DNA of 64,000 bases from an uncultured bacterium (GCA_943787795.1 CALSNU010000002.1:192001-256000); one strand, 5' to 3'. Counted from the first letter of the stretch, positions 50,801-60,819 are shown. Numbers and translations are program-made. Notes: generated from the sequence alone by a model not told the origin.

Positions 50801-51073
50801 GTCCTGCTCGCGGCCGGTGTCCGTCGCCGGGTCTCAGGCCTGCGCTGGGCGAGCCTGGTGGTCCTGGTGGCCACGGTGCTGAAGGTCTTCCTCTACGACC
50901 TGGGCGCTCTGGAGGGGCTCGCGCGCGTGGGCTCCTTCCTGGGCCTCGCGGTCTGCCTGCTCGGCGTTTCCCTGCTCTACGGCAAGGTCCTCGGGGAGGA
51001 CTCCAGGCGCAACGGGGCCGGGGGCGATAACCTGCTCCCCCATGACGACGATGACCCACAGCCCGACGCCTGA
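47876..51073 (+). CDS. DUF2339 family polytopic membrane protein
   Basis: AGGAG RBS, WERWLG...GG..L, many TM helices and the C-terminal KVFLYDL...RVGSFLGL motif. Confidence 0.88.
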   Translation: MEFPIVAIGLASGALAIEALRLNAQLRRRIDTLELEARSTRRRQDRLIERANAGELGTVRLAGAAEAEIAREGSEGSSTTAPGPRPAAPSVVPTSPGNEATGRGEETDSSASSDSSAPSDSRAPSDSRESAADRWADGLENGELPSEASSAEAPSNQGSTSRPTTELDRSASPAHRRVNKTRGSEAESWERWLGVRGAALVGGIALVFAGIFFIQVAIQRGWLNPATRDAIAVAAGIVGLTLHAPLIRRGNRILGESISGAGTVLILGGAWAAAQLHDLIPHGLALLIMGGGVGAALLMAVRSSSKVLTGFALIGGYATPLLLDTAATSTFPLLGFLLVLNVGLLAAMRVTRWSWMGLGATLGTFLVQYIWLQLNDAPGGPWSIVLSLGLFPLLFSAVLRAAPGRSSELPPASLLALLAPAVITLLTTPEVTSTASLWPMTALMGALIVAARFILRSDRLTLATSITGGLTLTIIALRTRIALSGELTDWTWIQWAIGMCGISGSLLLLALRAGSNRRKDLSLPSFAVASIALLAAPAVGWQPQWLDLPIPFTVGVLSMGVIAGASALMMNGVRYALLAGTLTGLAASFISLMLDHECLRPDSPPLLAGFALAAAALVLGRMRPDRRDAAGALAASFPVVPLVLLVLTLNTYESPAITAALVAVSALGLATALRNRWVFVVAGLVAGATALDLTGYLGLSPRWGEASMVLPVLSFCVVAGSLPLAALWQREESGPKGEGFALISALPGLVLALAASQSELLEEATGLAILGLDGRLVMLLSAAAVLHLARRLAKESAGSPRARAVIDATTVTLAWCGLAQLVSFDWPTTSLAGAAAAFTFFAGRAKGQTVAVVAGTTLGAAGLGLIFSTYALDTFSREPLLIPLDVTIDHALVAAALLGGLWGLVGRSGLGQPEQPQEIIGLRVGLASVLLGVAFSWINAVILNHFSTGEVITLDVERLQSRDLTMSFAWTAFAIVLLAAGVRRRVSGLRWASLVVLVATVLKVFLYDLGALEGLARVGSFLGLAVCLLGVSLLYGKVLGEDSRRNGAGGDNLLPHDDDDPQPDA

Positions 51074-53022
51074 GGAGTGGCGGCTCCGGGTCGAGCGTGA
51101 GCTCGGCCCGGACCGGGATTTCGAGCGGTCCCTGGTCTCGCGGACCCTGGAGGGCATCGACATCCAGCCGCTCTACACGGCCGACGCGGCGCCGAGCAAC
51201 GCGGCGGCGGGCGCCGTCTCACCCAGGAGCGGCGGGTGGGCGATCGCCCAGCGGGTCGACCACCCCTCCCCGAAGGTGGCCAACCAGCACCTCCTCGAGG
51301 ACCTCGCCGGCGGCGGCAGCGGCTGCCTGATCGACCGGGCGAACGGATCCGGAGGGGTCGAGCTGGAGTGGCTCCACGACCTCGACCAGCTCCTCGACGG
51401 CGTCTATCTCGAGGCCGTCCCCATCGCCTTCGGCACCAGCGCGGACGCCCTCCCGCTGGCCGCCACGTTCGCAGCGCTCTGCGCCGAGCGCGGCCTCGAG
51501 CCCGGCAGCGTGGAGGCCCACCTCGGTATGGATCCGCTGGCGACCCTCGCCGCGCGTGGCTCGCTGCCGGGCGACCTCACCGACGCCCGCCGCGAGGCGT
51601 GCGCCCTCGCGGAGCACGCAGCCGCGAACATGGGCGCCACGCGAGCCCTCGCGGTCGACGCGTCTCCGTGGTATCGGGCTGGAGGTCACGCGGTCCAAGA
51701 GCTGGGCTACGCCGTCGCCGCCTACGCAGAGATGTTGCGCTGGCTGACGTCCTCGGGAATGGGCATCGAAGACGCCGACAGGCAATTCGTCTGGCGCCTC
51801 GATGTCGGTCACGACCTGCTCACCGAGGTCGCCAAGCTCCGCGCGCTGCGCCTCCTCCACGCCAAGGTCCTGGGGGCCTTTGGCAGCGCCGGTGGCGCTC
51901 CGCTCGTCCTCCACGCAACGACCTCGCCCAGGGGGCTGGCCCAGCGCGACCACTGGACCAACATGCTGAGGACCACACTTGGCGCTTTCGCGGCGTCCAT
52001 GGGCGGCGCCGACCTCATCACCACGCTCCCCCACGACAGCTCCCGTGGACTGGCCAGCTCGCTCGGTCGCCGAAACGCGAGGAACATCCAGCTCGTCCTC
52101 GCCCGGGAGGCTCGGCTCGATCAGGTGGGTGACCCTGCGCGAGGCGCCCACGCCTTCGAAGCGCGCACCGAGGCCCTGGCGCGAGGGGCGTGGACGGTCA
52201 TGCAAGAGATCGAGGCCCGAGGCGGATTCGCCGAGGCCCTCACCGGCGGCGAGATCGCCCGGGCGCTCGGGGACTCTCGGGGGGCCCTCCTCCGCGAGGT
52301 CTCCACGCGCCGCCGACCCATCGTGGGTGTCTCGGTCTTCCCTCCGACGGAGGACCCGGTCCTCGATCAGGGAGACCCAGCCGCAGACTCGGCCGCAGAC
52401 CCGACGCGCGGCGCGCGGCGAGCGCGCCTCGACGCTCGCAGTCCGGTGGTCATCGGCCCCGTTGAGGACGTCCCGCACGGCGCCCGAGCCGCCGCTGCCG
52501 GCGCCACCATGGAAGAGCTCGGTGACGGGCTCGTGCGCGGAGCACCGGAAGCGCTGGACCCGCTCCCCTCCATCAGCGAATCCGCCGTCTTCGAGGAGGT
52601 CGCAAGCGGAGATCAGCCGGCCCCTGTCGCGTTCCTCGCCTGCCTCGGACCGCTCTCCGATCACGGCCCGCGGGCCGCCTTCGCGAGCGACCTGCTCCGG
52701 GCGGGAGGCTTCGCGGCCGCCCAGTCGGAGCCGGCGCAGAGCCCCGCGGCGCTGGCCGACGCCTTCAAGGCCTCCGGGGCCAGCGTGACCTGCATCTGCG
52801 GCACGGATGCGGACTACGAGGCCCTCGCGGAGCCTGTCTGCGCGGCGCTCCGCGCAGCGGGCGCCAGGTCGATAGTGATCGCCCGCCGGGCCCGCGGACG
52901 GGGACGAGGCTCTCCGCGCTGCGGGGCTGAGTGGACACGTCTACTTGGGCTGCGACGCGGCCGCGATCCTCGGGGAGCTACGCTCCATGGCCGCCACCTC
53001 GAGCTCCAAGGAGGCCCACTGA
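51051..53022 (+). CDS. mutA: Methylmalonyl-CoA mutase small (beta) subunit, with an apparent 1-nt insertion near 52888-52890
   Basis: [33 protein letters not shown] and DPARGA motifs. The native-looking C-terminus ([22 protein letters not shown]...KEAH*) lies in the shifted frame and stops at TGA 53020-53022. Confidence 0.8.
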
Positions 53023-55187
53023 TGACACCTCATCCCGACCTCTCTGCCCTCGCCTACGACGAGGCGACGCCCGCCCAGACGGCGCGCCCGGCCGGCTCCT
53101 CCGAGACGTGGAGTACGCCCGAGGGGATCGACATCGCGTCCAGCTACGAGGCCGAGGAGGCCGACGGCGTCGTGCCCGACTCCGTGCCGGGCTTCGCGCC
53201 CTTCGGTCGCGGGCCCTACTCGACCATGTACGTCCGGCGCCCATGGACGATCCGCCAGTACGCGGGCTTCAGCACGGCGGAACAGTCCAACGCCTTCTAC
53301 CGGCGCAACCTCGCCGCGGGCCAGAAGGGGCTGTCCATCGCCTTCGACCTCGCGACCCACCGCGGCTACGACTCGGACCACCCGCGGGTTGTCGGCGACG
53401 TCGGCATGGCCGGGGTGGCGATCGACTCCATCCTCGACATGGAGGTCCTCTTCGACCGCATCCCGCTCGATCGGATGAGCGTGTCGATGACCATGAACGG
53501 CGCCGTGCTGCCGATCCTCGCGCTCTACGTCGTCGCAGCCGAGGAGCAAGGCGTCCGGCCCGAGCAGCTCAGCGGGACCATCCAGAACGACATCCTCAAG
53601 GAGTTCATGGTCCGGAACACCTACATCTACCCGCCGACGCCGTCCATGCAATGCGTGGCGGACGTGTTCCGGTACACGTCGCAGCACATGCCGCGCTTCA
53701 ACTCCATCTCGATCAGCGGCTACCACATGCAGGAGGCCGGCGCGACGCTCGACCTCGAGCTGGGCTACACGCTGGCAGACGGGATCGAGTACGTGCGCAA
53801 GGGCATCGCCGCCGGGCTCTCGGTGGACGACTTCGCGCCCAGGCTTAGCTTCTTCTTCGCGATCGGCATGAACCCGTTCATGGAGGTCGCCAAGCTCCGC
53901 GCGGCGCGCATGATCTGGGCCGAGCGCATGCAGCGCTTCGAGCCGAGCAACCCCAAGTCGCTGACGCTCCGCACACACTGCCAGACGTCTGGCTGGTCCC
54001 TCACGGCTCAGGACGTCTTCAACAACGTCCCGCGCACCATGACCGAGGCCTTGGCCGCCGCGCTGGGCGGGACCCAGAGCCTGCACACCAACTCCCTCGA
54101 CGAGGCGCTCGCCCTGCCCACGGACTTCAGCGCCAGGATCGCCCGCAACACCCAGCTCGTGCTCCAGCAGGAGAGCGGGCTCACCCGTACGGTCGACCCC
54201 CTCGGGGGCAGCCACTACGTGGAGCGCCTGACCCGTGAGCTCAAGGCGCGCGCGGACGAGCACATCGATGAGGTCGAGGCCCTGGGCGGGATGACCCGCG
54301 CCATCGAGGACGGCCTCCCGAAGCTCCGCATCGAGGAGGCGGCGGCGCGAGCCCAGGCCAGGATCGACTCCGGCGCCCAGCCGATCATCGGCGTCAACGA
54401 GCACCGGCCAGCCCACGAGGAGGACGTCCCTGTACTCTCCATCGACAACGCCGAGGTCCGCGCCGCACAGCTCCAGCGGCTCGAGCGACTGAAGCGTGAT
54501 CGGGACCCGAAGGCGGTCACGGCCGCCCTCGCGGCCCTCCGGAACGCGGCCCACAAGGTTCAGGCCGGGGAGCCCCGGACGGACGCAGAGAACCTCCTCA
54601 CCCTGTCGATCGAGGCCGCCCGGAGCCGGGCGACGGTCGGCGAGATCTCCTCCGCCATGGAGGACGCCTTCGGGCGACACCGCGCGACGATCCGGGCCGT
54701 CTCCGGCGTCTATCGATCCGAGATGAAGGACAGCAACGACAGCGTGGACGCCGCCCGCGGCGCCGCCGATGGATTCCTACAAGACACCGGACGGCGCCCC
54801 CGCTTGCTGGTGGCCAAGATGGGCCAGGACGGCCACGACCGAGGCCAGAAGGTCATCGCGACGGCGTTCGCGGATCTCGGTTGGGATGTCGACATCGGCT
54901 CCCTCTTCCAGACCCCGGAGGAGACGGCCCGGCAAGCCGTGGAGAATGACGTGCACGTCATCGGGGCGTCATCCCTGGCGGCGGGGCACCTGACCCTCGT
55001 GCCGGCGCTGCGAGCGGAGCTGGCTCGGCTCGGCCGCGCAGACATTCTCGTGGTCGTGGGCGGCGTCGTCCCGCCCCAGGATGTCCCTGCCCTCCTTGAG
55101 ATGGGCGCCGCCGCCGTCTTCGGCCCGGGCACCGTCATCACCGAGGCAGCGGTGACCCTGATCGAGAAGCTCGGCGCCGAGGGCTGA
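53022..55187 (+). CDS. mutB: Methylmalonyl-CoA mutase large (alpha) subunit
   Basis: AAGGAGG RBS at 53008-53014, [15 protein letters not shown] (Tyr specificity residue), [12 protein letters not shown] and the B12 motif QDGHDRG. Confidence 0.95.
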   Translation: MTPHPDLSALAYDEATPAQTARPAGSSETWSTPEGIDIASSYEAEEADGVVPDSVPGFAPFGRGPYSTMYVRRPWTIRQYAGFSTAEQSNAFYRRNLAAGQKGLSIAFDLATHRGYDSDHPRVVGDVGMAGVAIDSILDMEVLFDRIPLDRMSVSMTMNGAVLPILALYVVAAEEQGVRPEQLSGTIQNDILKEFMVRNTYIYPPTPSMQCVADVFRYTSQHMPRFNSISISGYHMQEAGATLDLELGYTLADGIEYVRKGIAAGLSVDDFAPRLSFFFAIGMNPFMEVAKLRAARMIWAERMQRFEPSNPKSLTLRTHCQTSGWSLTAQDVFNNVPRTMTEALAAALGGTQSLHTNSLDEALALPTDFSARIARNTQLVLQQESGLTRTVDPLGGSHYVERLTRELKARADEHIDEVEALGGMTRAIEDGLPKLRIEEAAARAQARIDSGAQPIIGVNEHRPAHEEDVPVLSIDNAEVRAAQLQRLERLKRDRDPKAVTAALAALRNAAHKVQAGEPRTDAENLLTLSIEAARSRATVGEISSAMEDAFGRHRATIRAVSGVYRSEMKDSNDSVDAARGAADGFLQDTGRRPRLLVAKMGQDGHDRGQKVIATAFADLGWDVDIGSLFQTPEETARQAVENDVHVIGASSLAAGHLTLVPALRAELARLGRADILVVVGGVVPPQDVPALLEMGAAAVFGPGTVITEAAVTLIEKLGAEG

Positions 55188-55315
55188 GCCACAGGGCCCT
55201 CCAGGCTCCGTCGATGAGAGGGCTCTTAGAGCGTTGGCCCGCCGCGGCTCCACCGCTGGAGATTCGTGGTCTTCTGGTCGATGAAACCATGGGCCGAGCA
55301 CGGCCCGTTCGCCCC

Positions 55316-56383
55316 ATGAGTATCTCGACACGATTCGCCTCGCTGCTGGTGGCAGCCGCCACCGTGATGGCCCCGGTCACCGCCACGATGACCGCCGCCG
55401 CCGCGTCGCCTCCATTTCAGAGTCCCAAGGGGCCGCTGGAGTCCCACGTCCCGCCGACCGAGCCCGGGATCGCCTGGTTCGGCACCTGGGCTGGAGCTCT
55501 CGAGGCATCCAAGCGCTCGGGGCGGCCGATCCTCTTCATGTCGGCGGCGCCCCAGTGCCAGGGCGTCCCCGGCGTCTGGTGACCCGGCTATCAGCAAACG
55601 GATAGGCGTGTCCTGTCCGACAAGGCCGTCGTCGCTGCCTCCCGCGCGTTCATCTGCGTCAGGCCCCAGACCTACGAGGACGCCGCGGAGGCCAAGGTCC
55701 TCTCCTACGTCTTCGCGGGCAGGAGCGGGCTGGAGAACACCTCCTTTGCCCTCTTGGACCCTGAGGGCAAGAAGCTCACGCGCGGTTCCAGGTCGCCGTC
55801 CATGACCTATGGAGACGCCGCGGGCCTCGAGGAGGCCCTGAAGAAGATCAGCGCGCGGTACACCGCGAAGGCCAAGCCGATCCGCGAGCTGCCGGAGCTC
55901 AAGGACCTTCGTCTCGCGCTCAACGTCGCCGCCGCAGACATGCGCCCGCTCGTCGTGCTCCGCGCCGATGACGACGGACCACGGCGACGCCTCACGGACG
56001 CCGTCAGCGCGCTCGCCTGGAGCGAGCGCCTCGTGGGCCGATTCCACTTCGTCGTCCTCGAGGGTGAGACGACCTTTGAAGGGCTCAGCCCTGACGCCGG
56101 CCTCAGCGTGGTCCAGCCAGACCCCTACGGTCTGGGAGGCACCGTCCTCGCAAAGGCGGGCCCCGGAGCATCGGCCAAGCTCCTCGCGGAGGCCCTGGAC
56201 CTGGGCCTCCGCACCTTCGAGGCCGAGGCCCGAGAGCACGACGAGCACGTGCGGGAGGCGCGTCGCCGTGGGATCCAATGGGAGACAGAGCTCCCCGTCA
56301 CCGACTCACACGACCGCAGGGGCCGGAGGCCCAACCATCGGCCGGGCCGACGTGGCCCTGGACCCGGTCGCAGGGACCGATAG
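55316..56383 (+). CDS. Predicted secreted thioredoxin-like selenoprotein (Sec at TGA 55580-55582; 355 aa)
   Basis: ORFs 55214-55582 and 55754-56383 share a frame and are separated only by one TGA. Read-through gives ...RPILFMSAAPQCQGVPGVW-U-PGYQQTDRRVLSDKAVVAASRAFICVR. A SECIS-like hairpin follows. Confidence 0.8.
55599..55619 (+). promoter_or_regulatory. Putative bacterial SECIS hairpin
   Basis: CGGATAGG-cgtgt-CCTGTCCG forms an 8-bp stem (one G-U). The 5-nt loop starts 24 nt after the UGA and has GU at loop positions 2-3. Confidence 0.65.
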
Positions 56384-56432
56384 GAGCGCGCATCCACGGA
56401 CCGAGGACCGGGGTCCGTCGCCGGGCGGCCCG

Positions 56433-56549
56433 TCAGCGAATGGCGTAGCCCTGCGATCCCTGCCCCATGAGGTTCAGGACCGCGACGATCAGCGCGAAGA
56501 GCAGGATCGGAGCGGCGATCCAGAGCCAGTTCTTGCGTAGGAAACCCAT
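56433..56549 (-). CDS. 38-aa single-TM small protein (DUF5989-like), absent from the ORF track
   Basis: Translated by hand as MGFLRKNWLWIAAPILLFALIVAVLNLMGQGSQGYAIR*. It has a basic/Trp N-terminus, a TM helix and GC-rich third positions. Confidence 0.6.
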   Translation of the reverse strand: MGFLRKNWLWIAAPILLFALIVAVLNLMGQGSQGYAIR

Positions 56550-56692
56550 GGACGTCCACGCCCCTCGGCGCTGCGACGAGCATAGCCACGCCGAGGGGGC
56601 GAGGGCAATCGTCTCCGAGGTGCCCGTGGAACCCCGACGATTCGGCCGGTGAACCCTGGGTCTGCGAGCTTCGAGGCGGCATGAATGGTGCC

Positions 56693-57937
56693 ATGAGACT
56701 TGCCCCCTGGGCCCTGCTCGCCGCGGCCCTCCTCAACCACACCCCTGTCTTCGGACAGGCGGCCAGCGCCCGGCAGATGTCGCTCGGCGGCGCCGGCGTC
56801 GCCTCGGCGAAGGCGCAGAACTCGGCCTTCGTGAATCCGGCCCTCGCGCAGCGCGCTCGCGGCTCGGATCGGATCGAGATCACCGCGCCGGTCGTGACCG
56901 TCGTCGGCGCCGACGAGTCCAATCTCCGTCAGGGCGTGGAGAACCTGCAGGACTCCATCGACGCTCTCCAGGCCGGCCTCGGTGGAGCCAATGAGGCGTC
57001 GCTTCGGAGCGACGTCGCGGCGGAGCTCTCCTCCCTCGCTGGAGGAGAGGTCTTCGCCGACGCAGGGGTCGGCGCCTCCTTCGTCCTGCCCCGGGGCCCC
57101 ATCAGCCTCGGCCTGACCTGGCGTAGCTTCGTCGACCTGCGGGGGCTGACCTCGATCGACCCCGCCGACTTCACGACCATCAACAACACCGTCAACCCGC
57201 TCGACCTGGACCAGCTCTCCTCGGAGGTCCTGGTCCCTTCGGTGCGCGTGGACGAGATCGGGTTCACCTTCGCCACGGACTTCTCGTTCTTCGGCCTCCC
57301 GAGCTCGGCGGGCGTGACGCCGAAGTTTCAGTCCGTCGAGAGCCGGCTCTACTCCGTCTCCGTCTCCCAGGCCGATCAGTCCGACATCCTCTCGGGGCTC
57401 GGCGACGGAGGGACACGTCGAGATGACATCCTCAACGTCGACCTCGGCGTTGCCGTTGACCTCTCGCCCCGCTTGCGCGCCGGGATCGCGACCAGCAACC
57501 TGCTCAAGCACACCTTCGAGGCACCGGCCATCTCGGGGGTCGCGTTCGCCTACGAGCTTGAGCCCTTGACCACCGCCGGCCTCGCCTACGGGCAGGATGG
57601 CTGGATGGTCACCGCCGACCTCGACCTGAACTCGACCAGTCGCTTCGAGGGCCTTGGGGGATCTCGCTTCCTGCGCCTCGGCGGAGAGCTGAGCCTCGGG
57701 ACGCCCCTTGCGATGCGAGGCCTGCCCGGGCATCCGCACCTGAGCGACGTCGAGGGCGCGCCGAACGACGCGGTGGTGATCCGCGCCGGGTTCTTGACCG
57801 ACCTGGACTCGACGCAGCAGGACCTGTGGAGCCTGGGTATCGCTTTCCCTACCTACCTCCAGGCACCGCTCGAGTTCACACTTGCGGTTGGCGGCGAGGC
57901 CTTCGGCGCCGGCCTGCAGTTCGGTTGGTCGATCTGA
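56693..57937 (+). CDS. Outer-membrane beta-barrel protein, TraF_2/FadL/PorV-like clan
   Basis: Signal peptide, ARQMSLGGAGVA...NPA N-terminal motif, amphipathic strands and an aromatic C-terminus (LQFGWSI). Confidence 0.75.
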   Translation: MRLAPWALLAAALLNHTPVFGQAASARQMSLGGAGVASAKAQNSAFVNPALAQRARGSDRIEITAPVVTVVGADESNLRQGVENLQDSIDALQAGLGGANEASLRSDVAAELSSLAGGEVFADAGVGASFVLPRGPISLGLTWRSFVDLRGLTSIDPADFTTINNTVNPLDLDQLSSEVLVPSVRVDEIGFTFATDFSFFGLPSSAGVTPKFQSVESRLYSVSVSQADQSDILSGLGDGGTRRDDILNVDLGVAVDLSPRLRAGIATSNLLKHTFEAPAISGVAFAYELEPLTTAGLAYGQDGWMVTADLDLNSTSRFEGLGGSRFLRLGGELSLGTPLAMRGLPGHPHLSDVEGAPNDAVVIRAGFLTDLDSTQQDLWSLGIAFPTYLQAPLEFTLAVGGEAFGAGLQFGWSI

Positions 57938-57981
57938 CCGGCCCTCCGTCCCTCCCTCTAAACACCCATCGCAAGCGACCC

Positions 57982-58719
57982 ATGATCTCCCCCATTGACG
58001 GCCTCCCGGACGGCGTGCTCGGTTTTGACATCGGCGACAAGATCACCACGGCCGACTACGACGACATCCTCGGTCCGGCCATCAAGGCTCAGGCAGAGGC
58101 CGGCAACGGAGTCCGGGCGGTCATCCGCCTCTCCCAATGCCCCTCCATGTCCGCCGGCGCCATCTGGGACGACATCAAGCTCGCCACGGCGTACTGCGGC
58201 CAGTGGCGCAGGATCGCGATGCTCGCTGACGCGACCTGGATCAGGGCGTCAATCCGCGTGACCAACTTCATGATGCCCGGCCAGTTCCGCGCCTTTGACC
58301 TCGATCAGTTCGAGGCGGCCTCGGAGTGGGCCGCCAGCGAAGACGGCGGCTTGCACGTGACGCTCTCAGAGGCGCTCCCCCGGATCGCCACCCTTGAACC
58401 GGGTGGCCGCCTGACGAAGGAGGACTTCGCCGACGCGGCGGCCGCGATCGACCCTGTGATCGAAGAGGAGGGGGACCTCGCAGGGGTCCTCATCGCCTCC
58501 GAGTCGATCCCAGGGTGGACCTCGTTCGGCTCCTTCCTGGCCCACATGCGCTTCGCCAAGGACCACCACCACCACATCAAGCGGATCGCGGTCTGCTCCA
58601 ACAGCGCGGCCGCCCAGCACCTGCCCTCCCTGGGCAAACACTTCATCTCAGCGGACGTGAGGTCCTTCGACTTCGACGACCGGGACGACGCGATGGAGTG
58701 GCTGCGGTCCGAGGACTGA
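57982..58719 (+). CDS. Tandem SpoIIAA-like (STAS/SEC14) domain protein
   Basis: Two repeats of K/R.T..D...RIA...F.......A.EW. Confidence 0.85.
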   Translation: MISPIDGLPDGVLGFDIGDKITTADYDDILGPAIKAQAEAGNGVRAVIRLSQCPSMSAGAIWDDIKLATAYCGQWRRIAMLADATWIRASIRVTNFMMPGQFRAFDLDQFEAASEWAASEDGGLHVTLSEALPRIATLEPGGRLTKEDFADAAAAIDPVIEEEGDLAGVLIASESIPGWTSFGSFLAHMRFAKDHHHHIKRIAVCSNSAAAQHLPSLGKHFISADVRSFDFDDRDDAMEWLRSED

Positions 58720-58734
58720 CCAGCCCGGCGCGGC

Positions 58735-59400
58735 TCAGACCTTTCGGCCGACGATGATCTGGTGGCGCGTCCCCTTTCGCCGGGGGCGCGCGTACGAGCG
58801 GTGCTTGGTGACCTCGAAGCCGCCCTTGGCGAGAGCCGTCGCGAACTCCGGCTCCTCGTTGCTACACCAGTAGGCGACGCGCCCACCGGGACGCAGCGCA
58901 TCCCGCACCAGCCGGATCCCGGCGCGCCCGTACAGCGCCTGGTTCTGTCGATCGACCATGGGCGCAGGGCCGTTGTCGATGTCCAGCATCAGCGCGTTGA
59001 GCGCCCCGCCGTAGCGCTGGAGGACCTTGTTGACATCCCCTCGAATGAGCTTCACCCGGGAGTCCTTCAGGGGGTCGCCCGAGTGACCACCGGCGGGCCC
59101 GAGGTTCCACTCGACCACCGCGTCGAGCAGCTCGACCTGGATCGCTTTACCGCCCTCGGGGAGGAGGTCAAGGGCGGTGCGAAGCGTGAAGCCAAGACCC
59201 AGCCCACCGATCAGCACCAGCGCGCCGGGCTCTAGACCCTCGCAAACGTGCTGCGCGAGCTCCTCCTCGGAGTTGTGTTGCCGAGACGACATCAGCGCCC
59301 GCTTGGCCGCGACGATCTCGTGATGCCCATCGTGCTCGAAGAGCTCGAGCTCCGTTCCGTCGGACGTCTTCGCGCTCCCCACCCGTTCCCTAGGCTTCAT
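58735..59400 (-). CDS. Spermidine-synthase-like SAM-dependent protein
   Basis: LMSSRQHNSEE.LA, VLIGGLGLGFTL, VEL and LDIDNGP motifs. Confidence 0.85.
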   Translation of the reverse strand: MKPRERVGSAKTSDGTELELFEHDGHHEIVAAKRALMSSRQHNSEEELAQHVCEGLEPGALVLIGGLGLGFTLRTALDLLPEGGKAIQVELLDAVVEWNLGPAGGHSGDPLKDSRVKLIRGDVNKVLQRYGGALNALMLDIDNGPAPMVDRQNQALYGRAGIRLVRDALRPGGRVAYWCSNEEPEFATALAKGGFEVTKHRSYARPRRKGTRHQIIVGRKV

Positions 59401-59513
59401 AGGCGCACCCTAACCGGGAGCGGCCAGCGCCCGCGAGCGGCCCCTGGGATCCTGGGCGCGACCGACCACGATTCGGGACAGCCGCCGCCTGCAGCTCGCG
59501 CCGTCAACAACGA

Positions 59514-59552
59514 GCGCGGCCCCCCGGCGAATGCATTGCCGGGGGGCCGCGC
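59514..59552 (-). terminator. C6/G6 hairpin downstream of C-terminal-domain gene 4
   Basis: gcgcggccccccggc-gaatgcatt-gccggggggccgcgc has perfect 15-bp arms, about 20 nt past the stop. Confidence 0.65.
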
Positions 59553-59571
59553 CCACTGATGCAGGATGCGG

Positions 59572-60585
59572 TTACTCGAACGTCACGCTGGTGGCGTTCG
59601 AGAAGTTGCTCGTTGGCTGCGGGTTCGCGTCGCGAAACCAGACCTGGAAGTTCCAGGTCTGACCCGCGAGGACCGCGCCGTTGTAGGGCGGCGGGAACGA
59701 GTTCAGGTCGACCTCGAGCTCGCGAAAGCCGCTGGTCCCGCTGTTGAAGAGAGTGGACTCCATACGGAGCACCGACCCGTCGAGGCAGAGCGTCCCTTGG
59801 CTGCCCCCGGCCCTGGGCGTCGAGCCCTGAGTCTGCGATGCGAGGACCATCCCCAAGGCGCCAAGAGGCAACCGTCCCGCGCGGAGGCGCAGGTCGTTGG
59901 CTCCCAGGTCCTCGAAGCCGACCGCGCTGAGCCGGGCCGAATCGCCGCCTGAGTTCAAGGTCGCCGGTGCGCAGTAGTTCTCGCCGATGAATGAAGCGGA
60001 CAGAGGAGTCGCGAGCGACGTTCCCCCCTGAGTCCCCGGCAGGAAGAGATGAACGCGGTCCATCATGAACCCCTGACTCCGTGCCGAGAACTGGAGCGTG
60101 TTCAGGCCGGAGTTGAGATCGAAGCGCGCATCGGTGTACGAGGGACCGGGGAGCTCGAAGCGCGACTCCCAGTTCCAGTTGCCCGGCGTGCTCGGGTTGT
60201 TGGAGAACATCTTGATCCAGGGCCCGTTGTTCATCCGGATCCAGGTGTCGTTCTCCATCGTCGGGTCCGGGTCATCATGCCGATTGCGGAGCCGGACGAT
60301 GTACTCACCCGGGTTCGACGCGAGGATCTGGTAGGTCAGGACCGCGTTCCCGGGGCTGTTGAAGTAGTTGGGGCCGTTCCAGCGGAGGAACCCGTCGCCG
60401 CTGAAGCCGGACGGGGAGCCGGGCGAGGCCCACCCGTTCGGCCCCTTGTCCTCGATCTCGATGGCGATCATGCCGTCGTCCTCGAGGTATTGAGCCGAGG
60501 CCGTCTCGACGGCGATCAGTGGTGCGATGGCGGCGGCGACCAGCGTGCCCCGCGCGGTCTTTCGAATCGTTGCGATGAGAGTCAT
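59572..60585 (-). CDS. Secreted CBM-like jelly-roll protein with the shared C-terminal domain
   Basis: Signal peptide ending ASAQ, an IEIED...GFSGDGFLRW...G.NTL.FSARS.GF.MDR module, then NYC...WNFQVWFRD...SNFSNATSVTFE. Confidence 0.85.
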   Translation of the reverse strand: MTLIATIRKTARGTLVAAAIAPLIAVETASAQYLEDDGMIAIEIEDKGPNGWASPGSPSGFSGDGFLRWNGPNYFNSPGNAVLTYQILASNPGEYIVRLRNRHDDPDPTMENDTWIRMNNGPWIKMFSNNPSTPGNWNWESRFELPGPSYTDARFDLNSGLNTLQFSARSQGFMMDRVHLFLPGTQGGTSLATPLSASFIGENYCAPATLNSGGDSARLSAVGFEDLGANDLRLRAGRLPLGALGMVLASQTQGSTPRAGGSQGTLCLDGSVLRMESTLFNSGTSGFRELEVDLNSFPPPYNGAVLAGQTWNFQVWFRDANPQPTSNFSNATSVTFE

Positions 60586-60819
60586 GGTGCGAATACAAAT
60601 ATTTGGAGGCCAAAAAGGCGACGCGCTGGCCAACGAAGCGGATCACGGCCAGCGCCCTCTGAGGCGTGAGGATACGGCGCTCCGCTGGAGCCGCCATCCC
60701 AGGCGTGGACTTCCCGACGGCTCCGACGCTCGACCGCGCTGGAGGTCGCGCCCAAGGGGTCCTCGGGGCGCCCTGGGATGTCACACCGCCGCGACCAGAA
60801 CTTTGGTTCACTTGGCGAT

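Noticed and set aside
51042..55187. A single 1381-aa natural mutase fusion as listed in the ORF track
   Set aside because: The junction is out-of-frame sequence. The native mutA end, the mutB RBS and a TGATG overlap are visible, so it is annotated as two genes.
56693..57937. Evidence of a conjugative element from the TraF-like gene
   Set aside because: There is no relaxase, T4SS, integrase or compositional shift in the window.
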